In this document: positions 40,348-51,013 of the stretch, piece by piece
Position numbering within the stretch: position 1 is the first letter of the stretch
Layout of the letters: each line of letters starts with the position of its first letter
Source: Candidatus Marinacidobacterales bacterium
GTDB lineage: Bacteria > Acidobacteriota > Vicinamibacteria > Marinacidobacterales > DATDRI01
DNA length: 64,000 nucleotides
Direction: 5' to 3'
Assembly: GCA_965219415.1 (NCBI GenBank)
Contig: CBDCNP010000002.1
Location: 3,680,001 to 3,744,000, forward strand
Notes under the pieces: generated by a model
Told to the model about the DNA's origin: nothing
The model's database searches: none
Seen by the model: the letters and a program-made list of their open reading frames with translations, nothing else
Made by a program: the position numbers and the translations under genes

Positions 40348-41871
40348 GTGACAGTAGAAATAACCGGATCTGAGTTGACCATTGAAAATGTAGTACAGGT
40401 AGCCAGGGAAAATGAAGAAGTCAAGCTACATCCCGATGCTCTTCAACGAATAAAAACGTGTCGAAATATGCTCGAGGAAAAAATCACCGCCGGGGAGATT
40501 GTGTATGGGGTCAATACCGGAATCGGTGAGTTCTCAGAAGTTGTTCTCAGTGACGATCAGGTTCAAGATTTTCAAAAATATCTGGTCTACAACCATGCCG
40601 CTGGAATCGGAGAGCCGGCTCCACTGGAGTTTGTCAGGGGTTCGATGTTGAGCAGAGCGAACGTTCATGCTCATGGCAATTCGGGTGGCCGGCCCGAGGT
40701 CACTCTTACCTTGATCGAAATGCTCAATAAAGGCGTGACTCCCTATGTTTGTCAGAAGGGATCGGTAGCTGCGTGCGGCGATCTCGCCCCCATGGCCCAA
40801 ATAGCCCTGCTTCTCTTGGGAGAAGGCCGGGCTTATTACCGTGGCCGGCTCATGGATGGTAGAAAGGCCATGGATAGTGCCGGGATTCCCATCCCGGGAT
40901 TGCGTGCACGAGACGGGCTCGCAGTCATCAACGGTTCCAACGTAATTACGGCAATGAGTGCTCTGCTGCTCTTTGATACAAACAACTGGCTCAAACAGGC
41001 GGAAATAGCGGCGGCTATGTCCTTGGAAGCTCTAAAGGCGAACATGAAGCCCTACACTCCGCTGATTCACGAGGTTCGGGGCTTCAAAGGTGCTATTCGT
41101 TCCGCGAAAGCAATACGAAAGCTGGTCGACGGCGGCGATCTGGTGGAGGGCGGAATCAAATGTAAAGTGCAGGATGCCTACTCTATGCGCTCGACGCCGC
41201 AGGTGATCGGAGCAGTTCATGATGCGGTCGCTTATGCGCGTTCACAAGTGGAAATAGAATTGAACGGCGTCGGCGATAATCCTCTCTTTTTCCCGGATAA
41301 GAAACTGCATCTGTCGGGTGCAAACTTTCAAGGTACTCCGGTATCTCTCCCCATGGACATGGTCGGCGCCGCTATCACAATGGTCAGCGTCATGTCCGAG
41401 CGCAGAATGAATCGGCTGAACAATCCGGCGTTGAGTGTCGGGTTGCCAGCCTTCTTGACAAAAGGTGCCGGCATGTTCTCGGGTTTGATGCTGAGTCAAT
41501 ATACCGCCGACATGCAGATCGTCGAACAGCGCATACTTTCTGTACCCGCTTCGATTCAATCTATCCCCGCCGCGGCCGATCAGGAAGACTTCGTTTCAAT
41601 GGGGATGAATACCGCAATCAAAAACCAGCAGATCCTCGATAACGCGTACGGGATTTTGGGTATCGAGCTCATGGCAGCCGCCCAGGCCCTGGATTTTCGC
41701 GATTACAAGTTTGGCAAAGGAGTAACGAAAGCCAAGGAAGTGATCCGCAGACATGTTGACTTCCTCGATATCGATAGGCCGCTCTATGTCGATCACACGA
41801 AAATGCAAGAATTGGTCAAATCGTGTGAGATCTTGGACGAGGTGGAGCATACGGTTGGGAGCCTCGAATAG
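40348..41871 (+). CDS. hutH: Histidine ammonia-lyase (MIO triad Ala-Cys-Gly)
   Basis: YGVNTGIG, NHAAG, GSVAACGDLAP, QDAYSMR, DNP, QEDFVSMG; hut operon context. Confidence 0.88.
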   Translation: MTVEITGSELTIENVVQVARENEEVKLHPDALQRIKTCRNMLEEKITAGEIVYGVNTGIGEFSEVVLSDDQVQDFQKYLVYNHAAGIGEPAPLEFVRGSMLSRANVHAHGNSGGRPEVTLTLIEMLNKGVTPYVCQKGSVAACGDLAPMAQIALLLLGEGRAYYRGRLMDGRKAMDSAGIPIPGLRARDGLAVINGSNVITAMSALLLFDTNNWLKQAEIAAAMSLEALKANMKPYTPLIHEVRGFKGAIRSAKAIRKLVDGGDLVEGGIKCKVQDAYSMRSTPQVIGAVHDAVAYARSQVEIELNGVGDNPLFFPDKKLHLSGANFQGTPVSLPMDMVGAAITMVSVMSERRMNRLNNPALSVGLPAFLTKGAGMFSGLMLSQYTADMQIVEQRILSVPASIQSIPAAADQEDFVSMGMNTAIKNQQILDNAYGILGIELMAAAQALDFRDYKFGKGVTKAKEVIRRHVDFLDIDRPLYVDHTKMQELVKSCEILDEVEHTVGSLE

Positions 41872-41909
41872 GCGACATTCCGATGCTTCCATGAGAGGAG
41901 CTCAGTTCT

Positions 41910-43595
41910 ATGCCGAGCCAACTGATCGAAGGCGTGCCTAACTTCAGCGAAGGATCGGATATTGCGGTGATCAAGCAGATCACTGACCAGATTGAGACCG
42001 TCGAGGCCGTCCAGCTCTTGGATGTCGATCCAGGGAAGGCCACGAACCGGACGGTGGCCACATTCGTCGGCCCACCCGAAGACGTTATAGAGGCGGCGGT
42101 GAGGGCGGTCAGAAAAGCCTCAGAGCTCATCGACATGAGGAAGCACAAGGGGGAACATCCACGATTCGGCGCCACAGATGTATGTCCTCTCGTTCCGGTC
42201 AGCAACATAACGATGGAAGAGACAGTAGAGTACGCACGCAAGCTGGCAAAAAGAATCGGAGAAGAGCTGGGCATTACCGTCTACTGTTATGAGCATGCTG
42301 CATTGAGCGAGGAGCGCAGGAATCTAGCAACCGTTCGGGCGGGAGAATATGAAGGCCTAAGAGAAAAACTCGCTCAGCCCGAGTGGCGGCCGGATTTTGG
42401 CCCGCGCGAGTTCAATCCCCAGTCAGGGGCCACCGCCGTCGGAGCAAGAGATTTTCTCGTCGCCTACAACGTCAACCTGAACACGACCTCGACCAGGTGG
42501 GCCAATGCGATCGCTTTCGATGTGCGGGAAAAAGGCCGCATCAAAACAGCGGACGGCACGCCAACGGGCAAACCCGTTCTCGACGAAAAGGGGCACAAGG
42601 TCTGGGCGCCGGGATCATTGAAGGCCGTAAAAGCCATCGGCTGGTTCATAGAGGAGTACGGTATCGCTCAGATATCCATGAACCTGACCAACTTGAGCAC
42701 TACCCCCGTCCATGTGGCCTTCGATGAGGTTCGCAAGAGAGCTGATACTCGGGGCGTCCGGGTAACCGGTTCCGAGTTGGTCGGTTTGATTCCGCTGGGA
42801 GCGATGCTGGATGCAGGAAAGTATTTTCTGAAAAAACAAAATCGCTCGACCGGTGTCTCCGATAAGGAGCTCCTCAAGATAGCGGTAAAATCATTGGGCC
42901 TCGATGATCTCTACCCTTTCAAGTCCGAGGAGAAAATCATCGAGTACGCCATCTCGGAAAGGTCGAAGAAACAGCTCGTGGATATGACGCTCGAGGAGTT
43001 CGTCCACACCACGGCCTCGGAATCACCGGCTCCCGGAGGTGGTTCGATTTCCGCAGCCATGGGTGCCATGGGCGCCGCACTGGCGACAATGGTTGCCAAC
43101 CTGTCCTCCCACAAGCGCGGGTGGGACGATCGCTGGGAAGAATTCTCCAATTGGGCGGACAAAGGAAAAACCTACCACGATGAGCTCCTGAGACTGATTG
43201 ATGATGACACGGACGCCTTCAACAAGATCATGGAAGCCTTTGGTTTGCCTAAAGGAACCGAGCGAGAGCGGACCGAACGCGACAGGATTATTCAAGAGGC
43301 GACCCGACGAGCCATCGAGGTACCCTTTCGAGCCATGAAAAAAACTTATGACTCCATGGAGGTCATCAAGGCTATGGCCGAGAGCGGCAATCCTAACTCC
43401 GTGTCCGACGCGGGCGTTGGTGCACTCGCCGCGAGATCTGCGGTCATGGGAGCATTCCTGAACGTTAAGATCAACGCTGACAGCCTCGATGACAAAGCCT
43501 ATATAGATGAGATTCTTGCGAAAGGTAAAGAGATAGAAGAAAAGGCCATTGCGATGGAGAAAGTAATACTCGATATTGTCAACAGCAAGATTTAG
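41910..43595 (+). CDS. ftcD: Bifunctional glutamate formimidoyltransferase / formimidoyltetrahydrofolate cyclodeaminase
   Basis: VPNFSEG, HKGEHPRFGA.DVCP, GSELVGL, SPAPGGGS, GNPNSVSDAGV. Confidence 0.96.
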   Translation: MPSQLIEGVPNFSEGSDIAVIKQITDQIETVEAVQLLDVDPGKATNRTVATFVGPPEDVIEAAVRAVRKASELIDMRKHKGEHPRFGATDVCPLVPVSNITMEETVEYARKLAKRIGEELGITVYCYEHAALSEERRNLATVRAGEYEGLREKLAQPEWRPDFGPREFNPQSGATAVGARDFLVAYNVNLNTTSTRWANAIAFDVREKGRIKTADGTPTGKPVLDEKGHKVWAPGSLKAVKAIGWFIEEYGIAQISMNLTNLSTTPVHVAFDEVRKRADTRGVRVTGSELVGLIPLGAMLDAGKYFLKKQNRSTGVSDKELLKIAVKSLGLDDLYPFKSEEKIIEYAISERSKKQLVDMTLEEFVHTTASESPAPGGGSISAAMGAMGAALATMVANLSSHKRGWDDRWEEFSNWADKGKTYHDELLRLIDDDTDAFNKIMEAFGLPKGTERERTERDRIIQEATRRAIEVPFRAMKKTYDSMEVIKAMAESGNPNSVSDAGVGALAARSAVMGAFLNVKINADSLDDKAYIDEILAKGKEIEEKAIAMEKVILDIVNSKI

Positions 43596-43619
43596 TTCCT
43601 CTCTATTGGAGACATAATC

Positions 43620-45278
43620 ATGGAATCAGGCGTCAAAACCTCAATCAAAGCCCCCCGAGGACAAGAACTAACCTGCAAGGGATGGCATCAGGAAGCCGCG
43701 CTGCGGATGCTCATGAACAATTTGGACTCCGAAGTAGCGGAACGCCCCAATGATCTGATCGTTTATGGGGGCAGCGGCAAGGCGGCTCGCAATTGGGAGA
43801 GTTATCATGCCATCGTTTCTTCCCTGCGCCGCCTCGAGAACGATGAAACGCTGCTGGTTCAATCCGGAAAACCAGTGGGCGTGTTCAAAACACACGAGTA
43901 CGCGCCGCGCGTCCTCATCGCCAATTCGAACCTCGTCGGTAACTGGGCCAACTGGAAGGAGTTCAATCGACTGGAAGCTATGGGCCTGATGATGTTCGGA
44001 CAGATGACCGCAGGTAGCTGGATCTACATCGGTAGCCAAGGGATCATTCAAGGTACGTACGAGACATTTGGAGCGGTCGCCCGCAGGCATTTCAAGGGAA
44101 GCCTGAAGGGGAAGATACTGTTCAGCGGAGGATTGGGAGGGATGGGTGGAGCCCAGCCGCTGGCGGCTACTATGTTGGGCGCCGCATTTCTAGGTATAGA
44201 AGTCGACCCTGAGAGAATCCAAAGAAGGCTCGATACCGGGTACTGCCAACATATCAGCTACGACCTGGACGGAGCGCTCGAGCTCGTACGAGACGCAGCC
44301 GGGCGAGGAGAAGCTATCTCGGTTGGGCTGGTCGGCAACTGTGCAGAGGTACTTCCTGAATTGGTACGTCGCGGGTTCACTCCCGATGTGCTCACCGATC
44401 AAACCAGCGCCCATGATCCGCTGAACGGCTACGTGCCTGCCTCGTTGACTCTTGAAGAGGCGGCACGCTTGAGGCGAGACGATCCCGACGAGTATGTACG
44501 CCGCAGCTTTGATTCGATAGCGGCGCATGTTCGAGCCATGCTGGAAATGCAAGCACGAGGTGCCATCACATTCGACTATGGCAACAACATTCGAGGACAC
44601 GCACTCAAAGCAGGAGTAACCAACGCTCTGGACTTCCCAGGATTCGTGCCGTCCTTTATACGTCCTCTGTTCTGCGAAGGGCGAGGCCCTTTCCGATGGG
44701 TCGCCCTCTCCGGGAATCCTGCGGACATCGCTGCCACGGATGACCTGATTCTGGAAATGTTTCCAGAGGACGAAACGCTCTGTCGTTGGATACGACTGGC
44801 CCGAGAGCAGATCCAGTTTCAGGGACTGCCGGCGAGAATCTGCTGGTTGGGATACGGTGAGCGAGCCGCCTTTGGATTGAGGATCAACGATCTCGTGGCT
44901 CGCGGGAAGATTGAGGCTCCTGTGGTCATTGGCCGAGACCATTTGGATTGCGGGTCGGTGGCTTCACCCTATCGGGAAACGGAATCAATGAAAGATGGGT
45001 CAGATGCCGTGGCCGATTGGCCTATCCTGAATGCACTTCTCAACACGGCGAGTGGCGCCTCATGGATCTCTTTTCACCATGGCGGCGGCGTCGGGATTGG
45101 CTATTCACTCCACGCGGGGCAAGTGACGGTTGCCGATGGAACCAAGGAAATGGCGAAGAGGATCGAGCGAGTGCTCACCAATGATCCGGGAATCGGAGTG
45201 GCGCGGCATTCTGATGCCGGCTACCCGGAGGCGCTCGATTTCGCTCACGATAAAGGTATCAAACTGCCCATGGACTGA
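43620..45278 (+). CDS. hutU: Urocanate hydratase
   Basis: [45 protein letters not shown]. Confidence 0.98.
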   Translation: MESGVKTSIKAPRGQELTCKGWHQEAALRMLMNNLDSEVAERPNDLIVYGGSGKAARNWESYHAIVSSLRRLENDETLLVQSGKPVGVFKTHEYAPRVLIANSNLVGNWANWKEFNRLEAMGLMMFGQMTAGSWIYIGSQGIIQGTYETFGAVARRHFKGSLKGKILFSGGLGGMGGAQPLAATMLGAAFLGIEVDPERIQRRLDTGYCQHISYDLDGALELVRDAAGRGEAISVGLVGNCAEVLPELVRRGFTPDVLTDQTSAHDPLNGYVPASLTLEEAARLRRDDPDEYVRRSFDSIAAHVRAMLEMQARGAITFDYGNNIRGHALKAGVTNALDFPGFVPSFIRPLFCEGRGPFRWVALSGNPADIAATDDLILEMFPEDETLCRWIRLAREQIQFQGLPARICWLGYGERAAFGLRINDLVARGKIEAPVVIGRDHLDCGSVASPYRETESMKDGSDAVADWPILNALLNTASGASWISFHHGGGVGIGYSLHAGQVTVADGTKEMAKRIERVLTNDPGIGVARHSDAGYPEALDFAHDKGIKLPMD

Positions 45279-45279
45279 T

Positions 45280-47307
45280 TCAAGGAGAGGGCGACGCGAC
45301 GGCCGCCTTGTTTATTGGACGTTCCCAAGGCTTCCAATCAATGCCCATGACATACTTCTGCATCCAGCGGATCTCTTCGATGTCGCGCGTGCGCTGGTGT
45401 CTGGGCTCACGGAAACCATGAGGCTCGCGTGGGAATCTCACGTAGCGCACCGGCGCCTTGCCGATGTCTTTAAGAGCAGTGAAGAACATCATGGCCTGGT
45501 TGGCGGTACTGACCAGATCGCGATCCCCGTGGAGCAGGATCGTCGGGGTGGTGACGTTCTTGACGTACCAAAGTGAGGAAACCCGGCGCCATTCCTCTGG
45601 GTTCGTCCAATGCTCGCCATCGATATAGTGAATCCTGAGGTCGTAGCTGAGCCCGGGGCCGGACTCCGCGGTCCAACTTCCGACCATGGCTCCCAAGGAC
45701 GCGGCCTTGAAGCGGTCCGTCTGAGTGATGACCCAGCTCCCTAGGATCCCTCCCCAACTCCAACCGCGCAGCGCCAGACGTTCGGGATCGACGTGGCGCT
45801 CTGCGATCACGTAATCGACGCCGGTCATGAGGTCTTCGTACTCACCACCACCCACGTCACCCATGAGCGCGGTCAAAAGCTCGTCACCGTAGCTGTCGCT
45901 ACCGCGGATATTGGATCCGAGCGACGCATATCCCAGGCCTGCATAGATATGGAAGCTGGGCCGGAACCAGTTGCCGTAATGGCCCGGCGGGCCGCCGTGG
46001 ATGTGAAGCATCAAGGGAACCTTCGTTCCTTCCTGGTAATCTCCGGGGAGATAGAACACCCCTTCGATCTCCATCCCATCCTTGCTCTTCCAGCGGACGA
46101 TCTCCGACTTCGCCATGAGGATCTCTTCCTCGATCCACGGATTCGCGTGCGTCAGTCGAACCGGATTGAGCTCATCCACTGAAGAGAAATACAAATCGTT
46201 CGGTGTGTTGAAGTCGTTGAACGAGTAGACCATTCTTGCTCGATCCTTCGAGAAATCGAGGGCGCGGAGCGTACCGCTGACGGCCGTGACGTCAGTGACG
46301 CGTCCCGACGCCACGTCGATGCGATGGAGATTGCTGTTCGTACGCCGCGCCTCATTGAATAGAAGGCTCTTGCTGTCCGCTGACCAGGTAAGGCTCGACA
46401 TCCTGCCCTGGTTCTGTCCTTCGAGCTTGCTCTTCTCACTCGTGTCCGGGTTCATGACCCAGATAAACCCGTTCGTCAGATCGTGATCCTGGTCAGAGGG
46501 CACGTTGTAAGCAATCGTCTTCCCGTCCGGCGCCCAGAGAACGTTGTTCTCGCCGGCGTTGTTGTTGGTGAGACGGACAACCTTCTTCTCGAGTGTGTTG
46601 GCCAGATAGAGCTCGGACAAGTAGAAATAGTTCGAGAGCCGCTGGCGCGCCGCCGCGAAAACCACCCGCTGGCCGTCCGGCGACACGTCGAAGTCCGTGA
46701 TGACGAGCTCTTTGTCGGTGAGGCGAGTCTCGTCCATGGAAGAAAGGTCGAACGTCCAGAGGTTCCGCCAGCTTCCTTCCTCTCGGCCATGCGGACCCTC
46801 ACGGACGTAGTACGCATCCGCCCCCTTATCGTGCTCCTTTTGCCTTTCCTCGCTCAGCGCTTCGTCGGCGGTGAAGACGATGCCACGCCCGTCCGGAGAC
46901 CATTTGTAAGACTCGACTCCGTTCTTGTGATCGGTGAGTTTCGTAGCCTCGCCGCCAGCGGTCCTCATCCAATAGACCTGGTCATTGTCATCGACGGGCC
47001 TAATAAAAGAGAGATACTTGCCGTCCGGAGAGAACCGGAACGATTCGCCGCCTGCGTCGCCAATGAACTGAATGGCCTCCCCGCCTCCGGCGGGAACCAT
47101 GTAATATTTCTTCTTCCTCTTGTTCTCGTCCCAATCGAGCTCCGATTTGGAAAAGAAAACCCATTCGCCGTCCGGGGACATGAGCACGTCCGCGATGCGG
47201 ATCATGTTCAGACCATCGTCCACGGTCATCGGACGTGGCGCCGAGTCTTGTGCGACAAGGCTCGCAGCAACGAGCAGACTGGCTAGAACACTAATGGCTA
47301 CTCGCAT
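45280..47307 (-). CDS. S9 family peptidase, secreted
   Basis: Signal peptide, SPDG repeats, IHGGP, GWSWGG, HGDRD, EPHG. Confidence 0.94.
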   Translation of the reverse strand: MRVAISVLASLLVAASLVAQDSAPRPMTVDDGLNMIRIADVLMSPDGEWVFFSKSELDWDENKRKKKYYMVPAGGGEAIQFIGDAGGESFRFSPDGKYLSFIRPVDDNDQVYWMRTAGGEATKLTDHKNGVESYKWSPDGRGIVFTADEALSEERQKEHDKGADAYYVREGPHGREEGSWRNLWTFDLSSMDETRLTDKELVITDFDVSPDGQRVVFAAARQRLSNYFYLSELYLANTLEKKVVRLTNNNAGENNVLWAPDGKTIAYNVPSDQDHDLTNGFIWVMNPDTSEKSKLEGQNQGRMSSLTWSADSKSLLFNEARRTNSNLHRIDVASGRVTDVTAVSGTLRALDFSKDRARMVYSFNDFNTPNDLYFSSVDELNPVRLTHANPWIEEEILMAKSEIVRWKSKDGMEIEGVFYLPGDYQEGTKVPLMLHIHGGPPGHYGNWFRPSFHIYAGLGYASLGSNIRGSDSYGDELLTALMGDVGGGEYEDLMTGVDYVIAERHVDPERLALRGWSWGGILGSWVITQTDRFKAASLGAMVGSWTAESGPGLSYDLRIHYIDGEHWTNPEEWRRVSSLWYVKNVTTPTILLHGDRDLVSTANQAMMFFTALKDIGKAPVRYVRFPREPHGFREPRHQRTRDIEEIRWMQKYVMGIDWKPWERPINKAAVASPSP

Positions 47308-47316
47308 GGCTGAATG

Positions 47317-48300
47317 CTACCTTTCCTTGCGCGTTGCGACCGCTTCGGCGAGGACACAGAGAATCTCATACATCATCGTGGCGCCGACGAGGGCGGTATT
47401 GCCACTCGGGTCGAAGGGCGGTGCCACTTCCACCACGTCCCCGCCAACGAGATCCAAGCCTCGTAGACCGCGGATCAGTATTTGCGCTTCGACAGTGGTC
47501 AACCCGCCGACCTCGGGAGTGCCGGTGCCGGGCGCGTAGACCGGGTCGAGACCATCTACATCGAAAGAGATGTACGTTGGGCCGTCGCCCACGACCCGTC
47601 GCGCTTCTTTGATGACGGCGTCCACGCCCAACTTGGTGAACTCCTCCATGAAGATGACGCGCATGCCGTTTTCGATCGAGAAGGTCCACCCCTCCTCGGT
47701 GTTCTGGGCGCCGCGTATGCCGATCTGCACCGCTCGCTTGGGATCGAGCAGACCCTCTTCGACCGCCCGTCGGAACGGCGCGCCATGCGTGAATTTGCAG
47801 TTGAGGAACTCATCCCACGTATCGGTATGGGCGTCGACGTGCACCATCCCCACCGGTCGATCCGCGGCGATGGCCTGGAAGATGGGCAGGGTGATGGAGT
47901 GATCGCCTCCCGCGCTCAAGGGAGCAGCACCCGCGGCATGCACCTTTCGGTAAAACTCCGCAATATCTTCGAGCGCTTCCTCCACGTTGTAGCCATGCGT
48001 CAGCAGCACGTCGCCCAGATCGGCAACGCGGCAGAGCTGGTAGGGATTGATCTTGGTCACGTGGTGGATGGCGCGCATCAGACTCGAGCTGTTGCGCATC
48101 TCGCGAGGGCCATGTCGAGCGCCGGTCCTATTCGTAACCGCGAGGTCGAAAGGCACGCCGATGAGGCCGATGTCCACTTCCGACGGATCGCGGACGAGCG
48201 GGGCGCGCATGAAGGTAGCGATGTCCGTATAGCGCGGCGCCGTCATTGGATTGTAGTCGTCGGCCACGAGCCGTGTCCGCTCCTTGACCTTGTTCACCAT
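47317..48300 (-). CDS. speB: Agmatinase-family ureohydrolase (guanidinopropionase/guanidinobutyrase-like)
   Basis: GGDHS, DAHTD, SFDVDGLDP..APGTGTP, VEVAP; RBS before ATG 48300. Confidence 0.88.
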   Translation of the reverse strand: MVNKVKERTRLVADDYNPMTAPRYTDIATFMRAPLVRDPSEVDIGLIGVPFDLAVTNRTGARHGPREMRNSSSLMRAIHHVTKINPYQLCRVADLGDVLLTHGYNVEEALEDIAEFYRKVHAAGAAPLSAGGDHSITLPIFQAIAADRPVGMVHVDAHTDTWDEFLNCKFTHGAPFRRAVEEGLLDPKRAVQIGIRGAQNTEEGWTFSIENGMRVIFMEEFTKLGVDAVIKEARRVVGDGPTYISFDVDGLDPVYAPGTGTPEVGGLTTVEAQILIRGLRGLDLVGGDVVEVAPPFDPSGNTALVGATMMYEILCVLAEAVATRKER

Positions 48301-48370
48301 GTCCAGCCCCTCCTTCTGTCCGTTGAAACGCCCTTGGACAGTGCCCGGACCGACGATGATAATGATACCC

Positions 48371-50506
48371 ATGACGACAAAGCAAATCGCTACCGGATCG
48401 GCGGCCGGCATTGCCCTGCTGGTGGCGGGCTTCTTGGCCACATCATGCCGTTGGCTCTCACCGGATGAGCCACCGCCGACGGCGCGGCACGTCGTCCTCG
48501 TCACCATCGACACACTGCGCGCCGATCGTTTGGGGAGCTATGGCAACAAAGACGTGGCCACGCCACACATGGACCGATTGGCAAAAGAAGGAGCCATGGC
48601 TCCCGACGCCACGGTTCATGCTCCTCTGACTCGCCCTTCCCACGTCTCTTTGTTTACTGGCCTTTTACCTTCGCAACACGGCATCCGCGACAATGTCTCA
48701 CCTACGCTTGACGCCGGAATCCCGCTCCTGGCCGAGGTCTTGAAGACCGCCGGTTTCAGCACCGCGGCTTTCGTGTCTTCCGTCGTCCTCGAGACACAGT
48801 CGGGTCTCGACCGGGGCTTTGACCTCTATTCTGCTCAGTTCGAGAAGGCCGACGGTGACGATACGCATTTCCTCCAAACGCTCCAAAAGGGTGGGGACAT
48901 CATTACCGACGAGGCCATCAACTGGCTCGATTTGAATCGCAGCGACGAGCGACTCTTCGCCTGGATCCATCTTTACGATCCGCACGAGCCCTACGAACCT
49001 CCCGAACCCTATGCCTCCGAATACGCCGACCGGCTCTACGACGGCGAGGTGGCGTGGTCCGATGAGCTGATCGGCCGTATCGACACGACCCTCGAAGACC
49101 TTGGCCTACGAGACGACACGCTCCTGATCGTAACGTCCGACCACGGCGAGGGTCTGGGAGATCACGGGGAAACGCTTCACGGATTCTTCGTCTACCAATC
49201 GACTCTTGCCGTGCCGCTACTCTTTCGTGGACCGGGCGTGGTTCCGGGTGCGCGTCTCGGCGTTACCGCTCGGACCGTCGACCTGTTTCCCACCGTCCTC
49301 GACCTGGTAGGCACGAGCCTTCCTGCGGGGATCGAGCTCTCCGGGCGCAGCCTCGCCGGAGCGCTGAGGGGTAGGGAAGAACTGTCCGAGGAACCAACTT
49401 ATGCCGAGACGTTAATCCCGCTTCTCCATTTCGGATGGAGCGATCTCCGCTCTCTACGCGAGGGAAGCTGGAAGTACATCGAGGCGCCGCGGCCGGAGCT
49501 TTACGACCTGGGGCGGGATCCTATGGAGACGCGGAACATGGTGAGGTCGGAGGCGTCGCGAGCCGAGGCCCTCCGCTCCGAGCTGGCCCTTTTTCTCGAG
49601 GCGGACGTGGCGACGTCCGGATCCGCGCCGGGACTCGGTGAGGTGCCTCTCGATCTTCTCGAGAAGCTGGGAGCGTTGGGCTATGTCGGAGGAAAGGCTT
49701 CGACGACAGGATCCGCCGGGGCCGATCCCAAGGACAAGATCGAGGAGTTCCGAGCTGCAAACCTCCTGCTACGCGAGGGCCTCACTCTCTTTCGCAAGGA
49801 GGATCTCACCGGGAGCATCGAGGCCTTTCAGAAGTTGCTCAGCGTCATCGATAGTTTCGAAGTCCACTACTATCTGGGCCGCTCCTTGCTGGCCTCCAAG
49901 CAATACCAGCAAGCCGTAATTCATTTCGAACGCGCACTTGAATATCAGCCGGGCTACGCGGCGGCGTGGGAGGCACTCGCCGAGTGTCGCGCCGGCACCG
50001 ATGATCTTCGAGGAGCGGTGGCTGCTCTCCAAGAAGGGCAGGCGGCCAATCCCGATGACGCCGGTCTTCTCAAACGCGAGGCGCGGGTTTGGCGCCTCCT
50101 CGAGAATCCGCAGGAGACGCGCCGGGCCTACGAGGCGGCGCTTCCCCTGGTGCCCGACGATGCCCTACTTCGTGTTCAGCTTGGTGAGCTTCTCCGCGAT
50201 CTCGGAGAGTTAGAGCAGTCGGTGCGGGTCCTCCGGGAAGCGGTCGCGCTGGAGCCCGAGACAGCGCCCTACTGGAACTCTCTAGGCACTGTGTTGGGAG
50301 GAAAGGGCGATCTCGGTGAAGCCGAGAAGGCCTTTCGCGAAGCCAGGAAACTAGACGAGTCAAACGCACAGTACGCCTACAATCTCGGCCTGGCGCTACT
50401 CCGTCTGGGACGCACCGAGGAAGCTCGCGTCCTCTTCGAAACGTCCCTCCAATTAGACCCGAAGTTCGAGGCGGCCCGCATCCGTCTCGCCCGAATGGGC
50501 TCCTGA
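48371..50506 (+). CDS. Sulfatase-like hydrolase fused to TPR repeats, probable lipoprotein
   Basis: LATSC lipobox, TIDTLRAD, PLTRPSH, YDPH, SDHGE, C-terminal TPRs. Confidence 0.9.
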   Translation: MTTKQIATGSAAGIALLVAGFLATSCRWLSPDEPPPTARHVVLVTIDTLRADRLGSYGNKDVATPHMDRLAKEGAMAPDATVHAPLTRPSHVSLFTGLLPSQHGIRDNVSPTLDAGIPLLAEVLKTAGFSTAAFVSSVVLETQSGLDRGFDLYSAQFEKADGDDTHFLQTLQKGGDIITDEAINWLDLNRSDERLFAWIHLYDPHEPYEPPEPYASEYADRLYDGEVAWSDELIGRIDTTLEDLGLRDDTLLIVTSDHGEGLGDHGETLHGFFVYQSTLAVPLLFRGPGVVPGARLGVTARTVDLFPTVLDLVGTSLPAGIELSGRSLAGALRGREELSEEPTYAETLIPLLHFGWSDLRSLREGSWKYIEAPRPELYDLGRDPMETRNMVRSEASRAEALRSELALFLEADVATSGSAPGLGEVPLDLLEKLGALGYVGGKASTTGSAGADPKDKIEEFRAANLLLREGLTLFRKEDLTGSIEAFQKLLSVIDSFEVHYYLGRSLLASKQYQQAVIHFERALEYQPGYAAAWEALAECRAGTDDLRGAVAALQEGQAANPDDAGLLKREARVWRLLENPQETRRAYEAALPLVPDDALLRVQLGELLRDLGELEQSVRVLREAVALEPETAPYWNSLGTVLGGKGDLGEAEKAFREARKLDESNAQYAYNLGLALLRLGRTEEARVLFETSLQLDPKFEAARIRLARMGS

Positions 50507-51013
50507 CGGGGGCGCGACCGCTAGCGTAGGCTTCCGTCCAAGGGGGTTGTGCAAGGCCATGTCCGAGCCGAGTCTGCCGGGAGTCCCGGCCGACATTCAG
50601 GTCCCCAGCACTGTAAGTCCTCCCCCATTCTTGGCTCTCGCAAGGCTTGGTCGCCCGAAACGCGAAGACCTCCTAGATTCACAACCAGCCGGTCACGCGA
50701 TTTGGACTGGTTCAGGTGTTCCTCCCTCAATAGGACGAGTTTCTCGACCGGACCCTCCCTCGGATTTCGGATTTTTTCTTTTGACGCTACTGAAAGAGTG
50801 TACCCGCTAAATCGCCTTTTTTTTGAACAGATTTGAATAGATCTCCAGTTACAGCTACGAACCCCAACAGTGCCAATTGCCGTGCTATAACCGCTGGCAC
50901 CCGAGTTTAACTTCCTATGATTCGCCGCAACGAATGAGTGTATGGGTCACTGCTGGCTACGCCCCGGCCCTGTCCGCGAATGCGGCGACGATGGGAGGGG
51001 GAGAGGAGGCGTG

